Positions 61,382-64,000 of a DNA stretch of 64,000 nucleotides are shown one piece after another (within the stretch, counting starts at the first letter, position 1; each line of letters starts with the position of its first letter). The translations under genes were made by a program, and so were the position numbers. A model generated the notes under the pieces. The model worked only from the letters and a program-made list of their open reading frames with translations, was not told the DNA's origin and did not search any database. This DNA is from Candidatus Arcticimaribacter sp. (GTDB taxonomy: Bacteria; Bacteroidota; Bacteroidia; Flavobacteriales; Flavobacteriaceae). Where the stretch lies: NCBI GenBank assembly GCA_965662875.1, contig CBFIJA010000002.1:5921-69920 (forward strand), given 5' to 3'.

Positions 61382-62782
61382 ATGCAGTCCCAGAAAGGCA
61401 GTGCCCACAGTAATCAAAACGTAGAACTTTTTCCAAAACTCCTACTCTTTTTGGGCCTCTTTCTTTTGGGGGGAAGTTTTAGCTACTTTCAACTTAAACT
61501 TCAACCTTTTACAACGCTGGACACCCTTGTGGTAAGAACTTCCTCCTTATTGGCCATAAGCCTCCTGCATTTTGTCCTACTCCTACGTCCTTTATCCAAA
61601 ATACACTCAGCCTTTTCTGTACTTCTCCCTTTGCGTAGCTCCGCAGAGGTTCTCCTTTTAATCTTTGGATCCTTACACGGTTTTTATAGTCTGATTCATT
61701 TTCATGGCGGTGGGAATAAATCGGCATTGACCAGTTTATTCTTATCAAATACTCAATACGGAAGCTTAACAGAATTCCCTTTTCAGACCTTAGGGTTTTT
61801 AGGGCTCTTGTTGCTGCTTACCTTTGGGGGGATTAGAATGTACGAGAAGAGTATAGGAAAGACATTGCGTTTTAAAAAGCAACTTCATCTTCTTGTCCAG
61901 ATCCTCTATGGGATCATCCTATTGCATGTTGCACTTGGGATTTTACAATACGACGCACATCCTTTTTATTGGACAGGACTTTGCCTTGGAGCCGTTCTGG
62001 TTTTTGGCACTATCGCCGTCGCACGGTTTATTCCAGCCCCCTTTTCCACAAAAACACCCTCCCCGTGGTGGATTCGAATGGGTACTTTGGCTGCATTGGT
62101 CAGTTTTCCGTTTATGACCTACGGGATTGTCTATTGGCAAAAACCCTTTTCTGCGCATGTCTATGAAAAAGAATACGAAAGAACCTTTGAAGGGTTTTAT
62201 TTTGATTATCCCGTACCATTGGTTCAGTTGGATTTCGGGTATTATGATCCTGCGCTCGACCCAGAAGCGCTCTTGGTAGGTCCCGAAAAAAGAGGACCCC
62301 AAGAAATGGTGAAAAAAGCAGAAGAAAAATGGGGAAGCCTAAACGGAAAAAAAGTACGCGTTACGGGAAAATTACTTTACGGAGACCGCAAGCAACTGAT
62401 TGAGTTAAGCGATACTGAAATGTCCATTGAAGTCATCTTAAACAGCAGCTACCCGATCACGCAGACCCGCCCAAAAACAAAAGTTTTACAAGGCGAAATC
62501 ATTGCGTCAAAATCCTGGTTTGGATACATGCAGCCCGCAGAAGGGAAAGCCCATAAAAGCACTGCCATTCGAAGCATTGAAAGCGGCATTCCCCCCGTAC
62601 TTCGAATTCAAAAAGACGGGCGCAATAACTATTACATTCTACAAGACAAAACACATAAAAACTTTGCGCGTTTTTTATCGCCCTATGTCGCTCAAGAAGT
62701 CGAAATCACAGGCGAAACCTTTTACCAAAACGGATGGAATGTATTGACCTTTAAAAAAGAAAATATTCGATTGTTAAACTAA
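61382..62782 (+). CDS. membrane protein: N-terminal polytopic His-containing domain plus a soluble C-terminal domain (hypothetical)
   Basis: 466 aa with about 6 TM helices containing conserved-looking His residues (ferric-reductase-like?). The C-terminal roughly 200 aa are unassigned. Confidence 0.45.
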   Translation: MQSQKGSAHSNQNVELFPKLLLFLGLFLLGGSFSYFQLKLQPFTTLDTLVVRTSSLLAISLLHFVLLLRPLSKIHSAFSVLLPLRSSAEVLLLIFGSLHGFYSLIHFHGGGNKSALTSLFLSNTQYGSLTEFPFQTLGFLGLLLLLTFGGIRMYEKSIGKTLRFKKQLHLLVQILYGIILLHVALGILQYDAHPFYWTGLCLGAVLVFGTIAVARFIPAPFSTKTPSPWWIRMGTLAALVSFPFMTYGIVYWQKPFSAHVYEKEYERTFEGFYFDYPVPLVQLDFGYYDPALDPEALLVGPEKRGPQEMVKKAEEKWGSLNGKKVRVTGKLLYGDRKQLIELSDTEMSIEVILNSSYPITQTRPKTKVLQGEIIASKSWFGYMQPAEGKAHKSTAIRSIESGIPPVLRIQKDGRNNYYILQDKTHKNFARFLSPYVAQEVEITGETFYQNGWNVLTFKKENIRLLN

Positions 62783-62788
62783 ACCCTC

Positions 62789-63751
62789 ATGAACAAATTT
62801 TTTATCCCCCTAGTCCTTTTCACACTTTTACTTCTTTCCAGTTGCAGCCCAACAAAATCATTTGACCAAGCTAGTGTACGGGAATACATTTCAGCGGCAG
62901 AAACCCAAGACATTATCTCTACTTTGGCCAGTGATGAAATGAAGGGAAGAGACAGTAAAAATGGAGGGTATTATGATGCCGCAAACTATGTTGTCGACTA
63001 TTTTAAAACCCACAACATCCAAGCGTTTTACCCCAAATACAGAGATAGCCTAGTCACAGACAGTCTGTTGTCCTACAATATCGTAGGCCAAATTGGGTCC
63101 TATGATCCCGACCGAAAAACCGTTTTGATTGGTGCACACCTTGACCATATCGGAATCCGTGGAACTGAAGGTGACACGATCTACAACGGTGCCAATGACA
63201 ACGCCTCTGGCAGTACTGCCGTATTGCAAATAAGTTCATTTCTAGCGCAATATCAGTGGGAACAAAACATAATCGTCGCCTTGTTTGCCGACGAAGAAAA
63301 AGGGTTAAAAGGAGCGGAGCACCTGGCCCAGCGCATGAAACGTGAGAACGTAAAGCTGGAATATCTGGTGAATTTTGAAATGCTTGGCACGGCTTTAACC
63401 ACAGGAGAAAATCAAGTTTATTTAACGGGCTATGAACACTCCAATATGGCCGATGTCTTTAACGCGGTCTCGCCAAATTTTGTGCAATTTCTTCCGGAAG
63501 CGAAAGAATACAATCTCTTTAAACGCTCTGACAATTATCCTTTTGCCGAAACCTTTGGTGTAGCGGCACAAACCTTCGCCACTTTTGATTTTAAAAACTA
63601 TGAACACTACCACGGGGCAGAAGACGAAGTAGAAAATTTGGACCTTGAAAACCTAAATAAGGTGATTGGGACAGCCGCCTATACCCTGGCAAGGGTATTG
63701 CAAAACAAAACCGCCATAGTTTGGGAAAAGAAAGAAGAAAAGAAAGACTAA
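62789..63751 (+). CDS. M28 family metallopeptidase lipoprotein
   Basis: 320 aa. Lipobox LLSSC, GAHLDHIG, GANDNASG and the DEEKGLKG metal ligand motifs. Confidence 0.8.
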   Translation: MNKFFIPLVLFTLLLLSSCSPTKSFDQASVREYISAAETQDIISTLASDEMKGRDSKNGGYYDAANYVVDYFKTHNIQAFYPKYRDSLVTDSLLSYNIVGQIGSYDPDRKTVLIGAHLDHIGIRGTEGDTIYNGANDNASGSTAVLQISSFLAQYQWEQNIIVALFADEEKGLKGAEHLAQRMKRENVKLEYLVNFEMLGTALTTGENQVYLTGYEHSNMADVFNAVSPNFVQFLPEAKEYNLFKRSDNYPFAETFGVAAQTFATFDFKNYEHYHGAEDEVENLDLENLNKVIGTAAYTLARVLQNKTAIVWEKKEEKKD

Positions 63752-64000
63752 CTAATCGCGTTGGGTTTGTTCGCGAAAAGTACTCTCAAAAATTTTGTCT
63801 GCATTTCCGGCTTCAAACCCCTCTCTTCTGTGCTCTCGGGTCAATGCTGTGGCAGGCAAATGCTTAAATTCTGGAAGCGGCAAGCGCTCTGCAAACTCAA
63901 CATAACTCCCGGGTATTTCCAGTTCTGTGCCGCAGGAAAAACGGGCTGTAATCATCTCCGCCACGGAACTCGACTGACGTAATAATCCATCTGGACTTAC
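63752..64000 (-). CDS. C-terminal fragment of an unidentified protein (frame open to window end)
   Basis: The frame of the 63752..63964 ORF stays open upstream to position 64000 (..VSPDGLLRQSSSV-AEMITARF..). No motif recognised. Confidence 0.35.
   Translation of the reverse strand, partial: VSPDGLLRQSSSVAEMITARFSCGTELEIPGSYVEFAERLPLPEFKHLPATALTREHRREGFEAGNADKIFESTFREQTQRD

Overview
The window looks like a Flavobacteriia (Bacteroidota) chromosome segment. Evidence: a GldA-like ABC ATPase, TTTG-N19-21-TAnnTTTG promoter boxes, no Shine-Dalgarno sites, and a split MetH. It holds about 60 tightly packed, mostly housekeeping genes. These include a pheA-aminotransferase-tyrA operon. A 9 kb methionine/SAM cluster runs metK-metX-osmC-metZ-like-split metH-metF. 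Others are hppA, pdhB, thyA, folA, fabD, waaA, phoA-like, ruvC, hemW, lipA, lpxK, folC, exbB-exbD-tonB, anmK and gltBD, plus two tRNAs: Leu-TAG and Val-TAC. I saw no rRNA, transposase, integrase or CRISPR array. The main finding is a cassette at about 34.4-38.5 kb. (1) An intact 1133-aa Cas9-like ORF keeps the Cas9 scaffold motifs, but by-eye alignment shows the HNH Asp/His/Asn and the RuvC-III His/Asp substituted. (2) A divergently oriented tracrRNA-like gene directly upstream of it has its own Bacteroidetes-type promoter, an anti-repeat, an AAGGC nexus hairpin and a UUCG-capped terminator. (3) A single repeat-like element just downstream of the ORF pairs with that anti-repeat over 17 nt, leaving a 2-nt internal mismatch. 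(4) A small LuxR-type HTH gene lies upstream, and its 5' region matches 10 of the 11 repeat-proximal nt of the guide-like sequence. No cas1, cas2 or array occurs anywhere in the 64 kb. I read this as a candidate natural nuclease-dead, RNA-guided regulator that may control itself; this is inference and needs testing. Secondary findings are a Phe/Tyr-rich leader-peptide attenuator upstream of pheA and a structured, riboswitch-like leader upstream of metK. All motif alignments were done by eye and no database search was possible.
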